Shown here one piece after another: positions 1 to 8,847 of a DNA stretch of 61,417 bases. The notes beneath the pieces were generated by a model that was given only the letters and a program-made list of their open reading frames with translations, ran no database searches and was not told the DNA's origin. The DNA is from Bacteroidota bacterium. GTDB lineage: Bacteria > Bacteroidota > Bacteroidia > Flavobacteriales > Schleiferiaceae. The first letter of the stretch is position 1. The number at the start of each line of letters is the position of its first letter. Location: NCBI GenBank assembly GCA_003045825.1, contig PZPA01000001.1:1-61417 (forward strand). The letters run 5' to 3'. A program made the position numbers and the translations under genes.

Positions 1-194
1 AGATTATTGATCAATAGGTCACTTGCCATCAACACTGCAAATGAAAGTGCAATGGTCTTGAAAAGGCTTCTACTTTGACTTGCGCCCACAAAGGCTAAGG
101 CACCCATTGCAGTGAAATTAGGGTAGTGAGGTGCAATGCGTGAAACAAACGCTGCAATTACGAGTCCAATTAAAACCTTATTATTTGCTGTCAT
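1..194 (-). CDS. N-terminal fragment of a small integral membrane protein (runs off the window start)
   Basis: My own minus-strand translation from the ATG at 194 gives MTANNKVLIGLVIAAFVSRIAPHYPNFTAMGALAFVGASQSRSLFKTIALSFAVLMASDLLINN..., open to position 1. It contains hydrophobic helices. It is absent from the ORF track because it is truncated. Confidence 0.5.
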   Translation of the reverse strand, partial: MTANNKVLIGLVIAAFVSRIAPHYPNFTAMGALAFVGASQSRSLFKTIALSFAVLMASDLLINN

Positions 195-227
195 ATCTCT
201 GTGAATTCTTCGCAAATATACGTTGAC

Positions 228-584
228 TTATGCTTCTTTGGTATAGGTTTCCCACATACCGTTAGGATTTAATACCAACAATTTTTGATTTATCGCTTTT
301 GGAGGGGTAGGTGCGGTTGTGGTAACGTCTGCGGGAATACTCTGAACGATCGGCGTAGGATTGCGGTCCAGTTTTTTGGATCGGTGCCCTGATAGAATGT
401 AACGTATATCTAATTCAACGTCGAATTCGCAGAGTTTTTGAATGAGTTGAAGGTTTGGTTTGTTTCTACCGTTTAATATGTGCACGAGCGTAGGACGGTT
501 AATTCCTAATGCATTCGCCAGACTAGAAGGGGAGTGTCCCTCAAGTTCCATGTAGGCTTTTATTCGTTGTACTAATTCCTCCAT
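228..584 (-). CDS. Small XRE/Cro-type helix-turn-helix transcriptional regulator (118 aa)
   Basis: The N-terminal segment SPSSLANALGINRPTLVHILNGRNKPNLQLIQKL fits an HTH_XRE pattern. The C-terminal part is Pro/Thr-rich. Twin dyad sites lie directly upstream. Confidence 0.7.
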   Translation of the reverse strand: MEELVQRIKAYMELEGHSPSSLANALGINRPTLVHILNGRNKPNLQLIQKLCEFDVELDIRYILSGHRSKKLDRNPTPIVQSIPADVTTTAPTPPKAINQKLLVLNPNGMWETYTKEA

Positions 585-586
585 AG

Positions 587-637
587 TTACAAATGTAATA
601 CAAACGAAACAGTTTAAACAAGGTGTTACAGTTGTAA
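587..637. promoter_or_regulatory. Two copies of the dyad TTACA-N2-TGTAA; candidate auto-operators of the adjacent HTH gene
   Basis: TTACAAATGTAA lies at 587-598, 3 nt upstream of the start codon at 584. TTACAGTTGTAA lies at 626-637. Both are embedded in G-TTACA-NN-TGTAA-T. Centres are 39 bp apart. Confidence 0.45.
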
Positions 638-734
638 TTATTAAAAAATTCAGCCAACTATCTAGCGTATTTCCGGTTGCAACTCATGGTTTAATTGAAA
701 GTGCCTAAAATGTTGAAATAGAGTTTATTAATAT

Positions 735-1715
735 TTAATATATTGGTGTTTCACGATGCGTAAATAGAGCCGTTCCATTTGCATCATACAACCCGACGTG
801 GTATGCAGCACCTTTTGCACCTGATAGTTTCAATTGTAACACCCCGAAATGTTGGGTACCCGTGGTATTTTCATGCAGTCGTGTTCTGTTATTTTCTTCA
901 TGATGCGGATGCGCATTTGCAGTGAGCGGTGAAGCACAGACTTCAACTATGGCTTTCCCGTTAACGACCATTTTATTAATCTCTCCGCTGTGGCGATCTC
1001 CAGTTAATACGATAGGTGTTCCTGGCGCCTCCGAGAGCCATTGAACTAGTAATTCGCGTTCCTTTGGATAATTGCTCATGTTTTCGAAAACTTGGGCGGT
1101 ATTTAAAAGTTGTCCGCCCATGCAGATAATGTGGACATTAGCCGTCGAATGCACTAAGGCATCGTGAAACCAGTTCAATTGTTCTATGCCGAAAACGGTG
1201 GCATTCGCTGAATCCCGATTAGTGCGAAAGCTGCGGTTATCCAGTAAGAAAATATCAACGCTTCCATCAGCTGCAATTGTACGCCCGTAATAGCTGCTTT
1301 TATTGGGTTGCGCATAATCGGGTTTCCAAAACTCTTTAAAAGCTTTCATGGTCACCGGAAACCCGCTGTAGGTTGAGCCATCACAATCATTAGGACCTGC
1401 ATCGTGGTCATCCCAGATGGCTAAATGATCACTCTTGCTCAGTATTTCTTGAAAGATAGGTTGTCCAAAAACTGACTCATATCTCGCCATAGTACTGTCG
1501 TAGCTGTTCCATTGCCCGTTTTCTAGATAAATGTTATCCCCAAGCCAGATGAAATGATCTAAACTATCAAGCGCTTGGTTGAGGGTAGGCAGCAAATGCT
1601 GCGTTTGTTCGGGTTCATTACAACTACCAAATCCAATGGTCAATTCATGTTCTTCGGTGGTGCACGCTGAATTTAGCATTAAAAGAGCAAGGCAAGCGAA
1701 TGTGATATTTTTCAT
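735..1715 (-). CDS. PhoD-like metallophosphoesterase / alkaline phosphatase D family lipoprotein
   Basis: The signal peptide has a lipobox-like LNSAC. Metallophosphatase motifs are present: WLGDNIY, WDDHDAGPND and GDRHSGE. Confidence 0.7.
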   Translation of the reverse strand: MKNITFACLALLMLNSACTTEEHELTIGFGSCNEPEQTQHLLPTLNQALDSLDHFIWLGDNIYLENGQWNSYDSTMARYESVFGQPIFQEILSKSDHLAIWDDHDAGPNDCDGSTYSGFPVTMKAFKEFWKPDYAQPNKSSYYGRTIAADGSVDIFLLDNRSFRTNRDSANATVFGIEQLNWFHDALVHSTANVHIICMGGQLLNTAQVFENMSNYPKERELLVQWLSEAPGTPIVLTGDRHSGEINKMVVNGKAIVEVCASPLTANAHPHHEENNRTRLHENTTGTQHFGVLQLKLSGAKGAAYHVGLYDANGTALFTHRETPIY

Positions 1716-1779
1716 ATTGAGGATTTAAAGATGCACGATTCGTGTTTGTACGTTAACTTCACTCTTTAAAATTACGGCA

Positions 1780-2838
1780 ATGTTCCAAGCCTCCGATTCT
1801 AAATATTTGTCTGATAACCAGTGGTATATGCCTTACAACGAATTGTTGTCGGCGGTCAATTGGGAAATTATTGGTTATTCATCAGAGGAACGCCCCATTT
1901 TGCACACCACTTTGGGTGCTGGATCGCGTTCGATCTGTGTCTGGGCAGGAATGCACGGTAATGAAACGACGGGTGTATACATGTTGCTTTCGCTTATTGA
2001 TCTATACACACGTAATAAAATTGACTTAAATGATTTCGCTATTCATATAATTCCGGTGATAAATCCGGATGCGTATGTTCGTTTCACGCGTCGAAATGGA
2101 CTTTCTATAGATTTGAATCGGGATTTTAGGGCGTTTCAGACTATAGAGAGTGCTAAGCTGATCGGTTGGATCAAGATGAAAGCGCCCGAATTGTGCTTTA
2201 ATCTGCACGACCAGCGATCTATTTTTCATGTAAATAATGAGCCTGCCTACACATCGTTTTTAATTCCGTCGTCAGAGGAGACACGATCTATTACTCCTTT
2301 GCGTCGGACACTCATGAATCGTCTTGGAAACGCACTGTCTTCATTAAACGTCCCGTTAAACGGAATAGGTCGCTACAGCGATGAATTTTACCCAACGGCA
2401 ATTGGCGACTACTTAATGGCGCAAGGCATTCCAAATGTGCTTTTTGAAAGCGGCGTAAGTGTGGATGATTTTGAACGTAAAAAAGCACGGATATTTGGGC
2501 TTAATGTTATGGTAGCTTTATTGCTAGCGACCGAAGAGCCTTCAACAGTTTACGACCAATTGCCCCAAAATAAGGAAGGATTATTGGAATGGGTCTTTAC
2601 AGGGGTTCTCTATGCGAGAATGCGCATTGACATTGCCTTAAAGCGCGTGTATTACGTGAACGGCCATGCGCAAGGCATGTATTATATGGTCGATGAAATA
2701 GGTGATTTAGCTTCGCGACCGCGCATGAAAGAGACCAACGGAGCAGCAATGGCGTTATCTGCGCCTTTAATTATTGGGCAACCAATTACTGCCGTGCTGG
2801 GGTCTATGGTCTTCGAGGACGGATTGATCGTAGGCTAA
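1780..2838 (+). CDS. M14-family zinc carboxypeptidase-like protein (succinylglutamate desuccinylase/aspartoacylase-like fold)
   Basis: GMHGNETTG provides the HxxE zinc motif. DLNRDF and HDQ motifs are typical of M14 peptidases. Confidence 0.65.
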   Translation: MFQASDSKYLSDNQWYMPYNELLSAVNWEIIGYSSEERPILHTTLGAGSRSICVWAGMHGNETTGVYMLLSLIDLYTRNKIDLNDFAIHIIPVINPDAYVRFTRRNGLSIDLNRDFRAFQTIESAKLIGWIKMKAPELCFNLHDQRSIFHVNNEPAYTSFLIPSSEETRSITPLRRTLMNRLGNALSSLNVPLNGIGRYSDEFYPTAIGDYLMAQGIPNVLFESGVSVDDFERKKARIFGLNVMVALLLATEEPSTVYDQLPQNKEGLLEWVFTGVLYARMRIDIALKRVYYVNGHAQGMYYMVDEIGDLASRPRMKETNGAAMALSAPLIIGQPITAVLGSMVFEDGLIVG

Positions 2839-2839
2839 A

Positions 2840-2864
2840 CTCCCCAACTTAAGAAGTCGGGGAG
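2840..2864. terminator. Hairpin between convergent genes; candidate bidirectional terminator
   Basis: CTCCCC (2840-2845) pairs with GGGGAG (2859-2864). The hairpin is flanked by an A-run on one side and T residues on the other. It sits between the stop of the M14 gene and the stop of the ssb-like gene. Confidence 0.5.
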
Positions 2865-2874
2865 CTAAAAATAC

Positions 2875-3210
2875 TTAAGCGTCGGAAGGCTTTTTACTAA
2901 GTAAAAGCAAATCTTTGGCGACAACCTCGGTAAAGTACTTTTTTTGACCTTCTGTGTCTTCGTAACTGCGCGTTACCAATCTACCAGCGATGCCGACTTT
3001 ATCACCCTTTTTTAGGTATTCATTCATGGTTTGCGCAAGCTTGCCCCAGGCTACTACATTGTGCCAATCGGTCATGGTTTTCTTTGTGCCTTCGGCATCC
3101 TTGTAAACAGTGTTTGTCGCCAGGCTGAAAGAGGTGCGGAGCGTGTTGTTGATTTGTTTGGATTCTGGAGCCATTCCTAGATTCCCGATTAATTGAACAT
3201 GATTTTCCAT
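2875..3210 (-). CDS. ssb: Single-stranded DNA-binding protein paralog, short form without an acidic C-terminal tip
   Basis: MENHVQLIGNLGMAPE...TDWHNVVAWGKLA...GDKVGIAGRLVTRSYEDTEG is a typical SSB OB fold. I chose the start at Met20 of the tracked ORF (3210). The protein ends ...LLLSKKPSDA, with no D-D-D-I-P-F-like tip. Confidence 0.8.
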   Translation of the reverse strand: MENHVQLIGNLGMAPESKQINNTLRTSFSLATNTVYKDAEGTKKTMTDWHNVVAWGKLAQTMNEYLKKGDKVGIAGRLVTRSYEDTEGQKKYFTEVVAKDLLLLSKKPSDA

Positions 3211-3291
3211 AACAATGGTTTTTAAGATTAGTCCTATTAATCTGGCACGCTCGCAGGTCATTCCCAAATTTTGTGAATAACTATAGGTTTT

Positions 3292-3951
3292 CTACAATGG
3301 CTTTTTTATGGTGTTAATCGTAGCGAATGCGGCATTAACATCATTGCTGTGTACGATGAAAGTGGCTTCATTGGTGGTTGAGATGATTTCTTTAATGGGA
3401 ACTCCTGCAGAGGCAATATGCTTAAAGAAAAAGTAATATAGTCCTATAACGTCTGAGCTGCTATTTGGTAAACGCAATGTGATCGAACTTAGATTTCTAG
3501 TTTTATCTAGTCGTTTTTCTCCTTTCATAGCCTTTTCAAGAGCAGGGATATAATCTTCACTGACGACCACGGTAGTCTCTTCCATACCACCGGTGAAGCT
3601 GTGGAAACCATTGGGCAGCTCTGCGATGTAGGTAATGAATTGAGCCTGTTTAGAGGGCAACAACGGTGTTTTCTTGAAGGTGTACGCTACCAGATTGGAG
3701 CGAACGATAATATCGCCTAAGCTGCCAATAAATTGTTGCAGTTTGTGCTGCATTTTCAGTTGGAGACGCGGCTCTCTTCTTCGAATGGCCATGACCACGG
3801 CACTTTCTTTAATCTCTTTACCCGTTAGGTGCTCGATGTCTGCTCTTATCAATCGGGCCAGGGAGCTGAGATTGATCAGGTCTTCGCTCAATGCTTCTTC
3901 GATAAATGGACGGCGGCGAAGGCATTCTTCAAGGGCTTCTCTCAAGTTCAT
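3292..3951 (-). CDS. Uncharacterised protein with a C-terminal ACT-like domain
   Basis: The C-terminal segment LSSITLRLPNSSSDVIGLYYFFFKHIASAGVPIKEIISTTNEATFIVHSNDV resembles an ACT-type regulatory fold. I recognised no catalytic motifs. Confidence 0.4.
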   Translation of the reverse strand: MNLREALEECLRRRPFIEEALSEDLINLSSLARLIRADIEHLTGKEIKESAVVMAIRRREPRLQLKMQHKLQQFIGSLGDIIVRSNLVAYTFKKTPLLPSKQAQFITYIAELPNGFHSFTGGMEETTVVVSEDYIPALEKAMKGEKRLDKTRNLSSITLRLPNSSSDVIGLYYFFFKHIASAGVPIKEIISTTNEATFIVHSNDVNAAFATINTIKKPL

Positions 3952-4036
3952 CTTATGCTGATTTTGTTTGCAAATGTAGATAAATGTTATTTTTTAAACA
4001 GTGATTTTGTGCGTCACTTTATCGTAATTTTGAAAG

Positions 4037-5263
4037 GTGTCAGAACGTATAGTTATTATTGGAGGAGGCGCTGCGGGTTATTTCGCGGCAATAGCTTGTG
4101 CGGAGGCACAACCTGAAGCCCACATTGTTATACTTGAAAAAGGAAAAGACGTTTTAGGAAAAGTGTTGATTTCTGGAGGCGGTCGTTGCAATGTGACGAA
4201 CGCTTGTTTTGATCCGCGAGAGTTGGTTACGCATTATCCAAGGGGTGAGAAAGAATTGCTCGGTCCGTTTCATAAATTCCAACCTGGGGATACCATGGAG
4301 TGGTTCGCTGATCGTGGGGTAGAATTAAAAATCGAACCTGATAATCGAGTTTTTCCAGTAACAGATTCTTCTGCGACTATAGCTGATTGCTTAAAGGAAA
4401 TAGCTTCTAGCACGGGAATCAAGGTGCATACAAGCGCTGGTGTGAAGTCGTTTACTCAACTGGAAGATGAGCGCTGGGAAGTAACCACATCGCATGGGCA
4501 GACCTACATTGCGAACCAATTAATGATTGGGGCAGGTTCTTCAAAAGCGGTTTGGGATAATCTCAAAAAATTGGGTCATAAAATAGTTCCGCCTGTCCCT
4601 TCATTGTTCACTTTCAATAGTAAAGATGAGCGTATCAAAGGGTTGAGCGGTATTAGTGTTCCAAATGCAACTGTTCAAGTTGCGGCTTCGGACCTCGAGG
4701 CTTCGGGTCCTTTGCTTATTACGCATTGGGGTTTTTCTGGGCCAGCCATCTTACGTCTTAGCGCCTGGGGAGCAAGAGAGTTAAACGATCGTTTTTATCG
4801 TTTTCCTATTTTGATTAATTGGATCGGTCGTGATGAAGATGAGGTGCTTGCAGATTTCAATGATGAAAAGAAGCATAGTGGTAAAAAAAGAATTGGGAAC
4901 CATGCACATTATGGTATTCCTCTTCGCCTTTGGAAGTCAATGATAGCAGGGGCTGGAATTAAAAATACAGCGACCTGGGGCGATCTTTCAGGAAAAGACC
5001 TAAAGCATTTGGCTTCTGAGCTATGTAGTGCGGTATTCCAAATTTCAGGCAAGAGTACATTCAAGGACGAATTTGTAACGGCGGGTGGGGTAGACCTTCG
5101 CGATGTTGACTTTAAGTCATTTAGTTCGCGAGTATGTACCAACCTTTATTTCGCGGGTGAAATCTTAAATATAGATGGAATCACGGGAGGTTTCAATTTT
5201 CAAGCGGCTTGGACGGGTGGTTTTTTGGCCGGAAATGCGATGGCTGGCTATCCGTTAGAGTAA
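4037..5263 (+). CDS. HI0933/YhiN (BaiN-like) family NAD(P)/FAD-dependent oxidoreductase
   Basis: GTG start. IIGGGAAGYFAA is a Rossmann motif. GGGRCNVTN is the family signature. The C-terminal GEILNIDGITGGFNFQ is also present. Confidence 0.85.
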   Translation: MSERIVIIGGGAAGYFAAIACAEAQPEAHIVILEKGKDVLGKVLISGGGRCNVTNACFDPRELVTHYPRGEKELLGPFHKFQPGDTMEWFADRGVELKIEPDNRVFPVTDSSATIADCLKEIASSTGIKVHTSAGVKSFTQLEDERWEVTTSHGQTYIANQLMIGAGSSKAVWDNLKKLGHKIVPPVPSLFTFNSKDERIKGLSGISVPNATVQVAASDLEASGPLLITHWGFSGPAILRLSAWGARELNDRFYRFPILINWIGRDEDEVLADFNDEKKHSGKKRIGNHAHYGIPLRLWKSMIAGAGIKNTATWGDLSGKDLKHLASELCSAVFQISGKSTFKDEFVTAGGVDLRDVDFKSFSSRVCTNLYFAGEILNIDGITGGFNFQAAWTGGFLAGNAMAGYPLE

Positions 5264-5797
5264 GCCTTTTTTCATTAAATCCTTTAGAATTTTACCGCCT
5301 CGATTTTTCATGCCGGGTGTTCCGTGTTCACATGCTATCTCTATGCTTTGAGCCAATTCTGGTGCCAGTTCTGGGTACTTTTTCACCATACGATGTACAA
5401 TACTCATAGCATATACCCTGGGCGCTGCAGCTTGGTTCGGGTTGATGATGGTATTAAAACTAAAATCGAGCAATCGGCCTTCTCGCTCGTCGTGCCGAGG
5501 CAGTTGGTATTTTGAGTAATAACGCAGGATGAAACGTGCTTCTGCATCGGTTTTCATTTGGTCCAATTGGGCTATCATTTCACGCTCCTTCTTGTAAAAC
5601 AGTTCAGGCCTGATGTCGCTGATATGGTGTAGGATCCAACAGCCGCGCATCCGCTCTTTCTTAGTGCCGTTAAAGGCCCGTTCGATAATAGCATTAAGTG
5701 CTATGGGATTTTCTAATCCTTCTGCTACTAGAGGCGCGTAATGCCATTCTTTAGCGCTATCTATTTCATTTAAGGCGTACTCTAAATCCACGTGCAA
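5255..5797 (-). CDS. Conserved hypothetical all-alpha protein (possible HEAT/ARM-like repeats)
   Basis: A 180-aa ORF with a TTG start and no motif I can assign. It is transcribed divergently from the LexA-like gene. Confidence 0.45.
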   Translation of the reverse strand: MHVDLEYALNEIDSAKEWHYAPLVAEGLENPIALNAIIERAFNGTKKERMRGCWILHHISDIRPELFYKKEREMIAQLDQMKTDAEARFILRYYSKYQLPRHDEREGRLLDFSFNTIINPNQAAAPRVYAMSIVHRMVKKYPELAPELAQSIEIACEHGTPGMKNRGGKILKDLMKKGLL

Positions 5798-5800
5798 AAA

Positions 5801-5850
5801 AAATTAGCAGCAGTAATGATGAAAATATTAGAATTCTAACTAAATTAGCA
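5801..5850. promoter_or_regulatory. Repeat and palindrome cluster in the divergent promoter region upstream of the LexA-like gene
   Basis: The direct repeat AAATTAGCA occurs at 5801-5809 and 5842-5850. The perfect 12-bp palindrome TTAGAATTCTAA lies at 5828-5839. Confidence 0.35.
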
Positions 5851-5904
5851 TATTCAATAAGGAATGCCTAATTGCTTTCCTTGATGTACTAAAGATACAG
5901 CCTT

Positions 5905-6687
5905 ATGAATTACGTGAAAAATAACCTTAAGTTCCTTCGCAAGAAAGAAGCGCTCACACAAGAGCAATTGGCTACTAAAATTGGTGTAAAACGCGCCATG
6001 ATAGGTGCGTATGAAGAAGGTAGGGCAGAACCTCGTCTACATACGTTGCAGCACTTAGCCGCTTATTTTCAGGTGCGCTTAGATGATTTTGTAAATAAGG
6101 ACCTTTCGGGTTCGAGCAGTATTCCCAAAGCGGACATTAGCGGTGCCCAGTTGCGTATTTTACCCGTTGTAGTCGATGGTACAGACGAGAGAGAATTAGG
6201 AACACTGGTTCCTGTGAAGGCTTCGGCAGGATACCTCAGTGGTTATGGCGATGCCGATTATATTGGTGCGCTACCTCGTTTTTCCATGCCCTTTCCAGAA
6301 TTGCCTCAGGACCGCACCTACAGAGTATTTCAGATCAGAGGAGAGAGCATGCTTCCGATCAAACCTGGGGCTTATGTTATCACAGAATATATTCAAGATT
6401 GGAAGTCTATTCGCAATGACGAGTGTCATGTTTTGATCACAAAAGACGAAGGTGTCGTGTACAAGCGCGTCATTAATAACCTCCATATCGGTGAATTAAT
6501 GCTAAAATCGGATAATCCACAGTTTGCTCCTTATACTGTACCTGTCGATAGGCTGGTAGAGGTTTGGAAAGCGGTTGGTTATACCAGCTTTGAACTCCCT
6601 GCAGCAGGTACAGGTCAGGAAATGTCTCAGATCATGCACATGATGGCCGATCTCAAAAAAGAGATGAATCACCTGAAAGACAACTAA
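5905..6687 (+). CDS. Non-canonical LexA-like repressor: XRE-type HTH fused to an S24 (LexA/CI) self-cleaving peptidase domain
   Basis: N-terminal HTH: LTQEQLATKIGVKRAMIGAYEEGRAEP. Ala-Gly candidate cleavage site in VKASAGY. Catalytic Ser in RGESMLP. Catalytic Lys in VYKRVI. Confidence 0.8.
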   Translation: MNYVKNNLKFLRKKEALTQEQLATKIGVKRAMIGAYEEGRAEPRLHTLQHLAAYFQVRLDDFVNKDLSGSSSIPKADISGAQLRILPVVVDGTDERELGTLVPVKASAGYLSGYGDADYIGALPRFSMPFPELPQDRTYRVFQIRGESMLPIKPGAYVITEYIQDWKSIRNDECHVLITKDEGVVYKRVINNLHIGELMLKSDNPQFAPYTVPVDRLVEVWKAVGYTSFELPAAGTGQEMSQIMHMMADLKKEMNHLKDN

Positions 6688-6789
6688 TTAACACGTAAAA
6701 GGAGTTTAGCCTAGTGTGTTTTTGAGCGGTCTTAGAGCCGTTCGAAGTGCCGGTGGTGTGTCCTTACTTAACTAACTACATTTTAATTC

Positions 6790-8001
6790 ATGGACCGCTC
6801 TATCCTACATATGGACCTTGATACGTTCTTCGTCTCTGTTGAACGTTTGATGGATAGTCGATTAAACGGTAAGCCTATTCTCATTGGCGGTACCGGCGAT
6901 CGTGGAGTAGTTGCAGCTTGTAGTTATGAGACAAGGAAGTTCGGCGTGCATTCGGCCATGCCTATGCGCATGGCTCGTTCTCTCTGCCCTGAGGCCATTA
7001 TCATTCGGGGGAATTCAGCGAACTACAGTAAATACTCAAACTTAGTTACGGATGTTATTAAAGAGGAGGTACCTGTCTATGAGAAGACGTCGGTAGATGA
7101 GTTTTATGTGGACCTTACCGGTATGGATCGTTTTTTTGGAAACTTCAAATTTTCCAGTGAACTAAGGGACCGTGTCATTAGTGAAACAGGATTGCCTATT
7201 AGTTTTGGCTTGTCCTTAAACAAGACTGTTAGCAAGGTCGCCACAGGGGAAGCTAAGCCTAATAACAAGATTTTCGTTCAAAAAGGGCTGGAGCGTCCGT
7301 TTCTAGCACCTTTATCGGTTCGCAAGATTCCCATGGTGGGAGAGAAGACCTACCAGACCTTGCGAAATCTAGGGGTGCGACGTATTCATACGCTACAAGA
7401 AATGCCATTGGAAATGATGCAGAGTGTCATGGGCAAGCACGGTGCTGTGATTTGGCATAAGGCTCAGGGTGTTGATCAAAGCCCTGTTGTTCCTTACCAA
7501 GAGCGAAAGAGTATTTCAACAGAACGCACTTTTGCTAAGGATACCATAGATGTGGTTAAACTTGAAGGAATTATTGTCGCTATGACAGAGAACCTTGCTT
7601 ATCAGCTGCGTCGTGGGGATAAGCTTACTTCTTGTATTACTGTTAAAATCAGGTATTCAGACTTTAATACCCATACGCTTCAGGCGCGTATACCATATAC
7701 AGCGGCAGATCACCTTCTCATTCCTAAAGTCAAGGAGCTTTTTCAAAAACTCTTTGAACGTAGATTACTCGTTCGTTTGGTGGGTGTTCGTTTCTCCCAT
7801 TTAGTTGGCGGTGGGTACCAGATGAATTTGTTTGAAGAGAGCGAGGAACTCAGTAAACTCTATAGTGCCATGGACCATATACGACAACGCTTTGGCGACC
7901 GTTCAGTATTGCGCGCCGTTTCTCTAGGCGCTAAAACCATAGGAAGGACAAATCCATTTAACGGTGAGCCACCACCACTTTTAGCAAACAGACATCAGTA
8001 A
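6790..8001 (+). CDS. dinB: Y-family DNA polymerase IV
   Basis: Catalytic motifs are intact: HMDLDTFFVSVE and SVDEFYVDLTG. A beta-clamp-type pentapeptide QMNLF lies near the C-terminus and is followed by roughly 45 further residues. Confidence 0.85.
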   Translation: MDRSILHMDLDTFFVSVERLMDSRLNGKPILIGGTGDRGVVAACSYETRKFGVHSAMPMRMARSLCPEAIIIRGNSANYSKYSNLVTDVIKEEVPVYEKTSVDEFYVDLTGMDRFFGNFKFSSELRDRVISETGLPISFGLSLNKTVSKVATGEAKPNNKIFVQKGLERPFLAPLSVRKIPMVGEKTYQTLRNLGVRRIHTLQEMPLEMMQSVMGKHGAVIWHKAQGVDQSPVVPYQERKSISTERTFAKDTIDVVKLEGIIVAMTENLAYQLRRGDKLTSCITVKIRYSDFNTHTLQARIPYTAADHLLIPKVKELFQKLFERRLLVRLVGVRFSHLVGGGYQMNLFEESEELSKLYSAMDHIRQRFGDRSVLRAVSLGAKTIGRTNPFNGEPPPLLANRHQ

Positions 8002-8021
8002 ACGTAGATAAACAGAGAAGT

Positions 8022-8831
8022 ATGTGTGGTAGATATGTAGCTATTAGCAAAGTAAAGGCAATAGAGAAGCGTTTTAGTGCGCTTATAGAGCGTCCAGAGC
8101 TCTTTACACCAAATACTAATATTGGTATAGGAACATTGGCACCTGTGATTACACAGGAGCATTCCGACCGTATAAAGCATTATCAGTTTGGATTCACCCC
8201 GTATTGGGCAAAGAAATCCTTTTACCTCTTTAACGCTCGTTCAGAAGGGGATCACAACAAAGAAAACAATCCTACCTATCGTGGCGCAAAGGGCATTACG
8301 GTAAAGCCAGCCTTCCGTCAGAGCATTCGCTCTAAACGCTGTCTAGTGCTGGCAGATGGATTTATAGAAGGACCACAAAAGGAACGTTTGTCAAAGCCTT
8401 ACGTCATTTACAAAAGAGACGGAGCTCCTTTCGCTTTCGCGGGATTGTACGATACCTGGGTCAATCCAGATACCGGCGAGATGGTCGATAGTTTTGCGAT
8501 TATTACAACGGTGAGCAATAAAATCACAGCTGCTATCGATCACCACCGATCACCTGTAATTCTCAATGAAGAAGATGAATCCATTTGGCTAGATCCTACG
8601 ACGCCGTTAGCAGAAGTAACCGACTTACTTTATCCATACCCTGCAGAGGAGCTCAATGCCTATCCTATATCAGCTGCAATAAAGAATCCCAGAAGCAATG
8701 GGCCGGAACTACTCAAGCCTGTAGGCCAACGTTTAGTTACGGAATACGACTATGAAATTCATACTCACCTTGGCCTACAAGGAATGGGCATGACTCAGGC
8801 ACGTCAACGCAAGTTGGATTTAGGTTTCTAG
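8022..8831 (+). CDS. SOS-response-associated peptidase (SRAP, YedK/HMCES family)
   Basis: The N-terminus is MCGRY, with the Cys2 nucleophile. SRAP-like core motifs include FNARSE and HHRSPVIL. Confidence 0.85.
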   Translation: MCGRYVAISKVKAIEKRFSALIERPELFTPNTNIGIGTLAPVITQEHSDRIKHYQFGFTPYWAKKSFYLFNARSEGDHNKENNPTYRGAKGITVKPAFRQSIRSKRCLVLADGFIEGPQKERLSKPYVIYKRDGAPFAFAGLYDTWVNPDTGEMVDSFAIITTVSNKITAAIDHHRSPVILNEEDESIWLDPTTPLAEVTDLLYPYPAEELNAYPISAAIKNPRSNGPELLKPVGQRLVTEYDYEIHTHLGLQGMGMTQARQRKLDLGF

Positions 8832-8847
8832 ATAAAATGCAGAAGAG

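Noticed and set aside
675-682. An 8-bp palindrome, GTTGCAAC, downstream of the PhoD-like gene
   Set aside because: It is short and isolated, with no second copy and no flanking T-run. It is compatible with chance.
6730-6752. A possible hairpin, GAGCGG-N8-CCGTTC, between the LexA-like gene and dinB, considered as an internal terminator
   Set aside because: The stem is 6 bp and needs a G-U pair, and no U-run follows. This is insufficient to call a terminator. Read-through into dinB seems equally likely.
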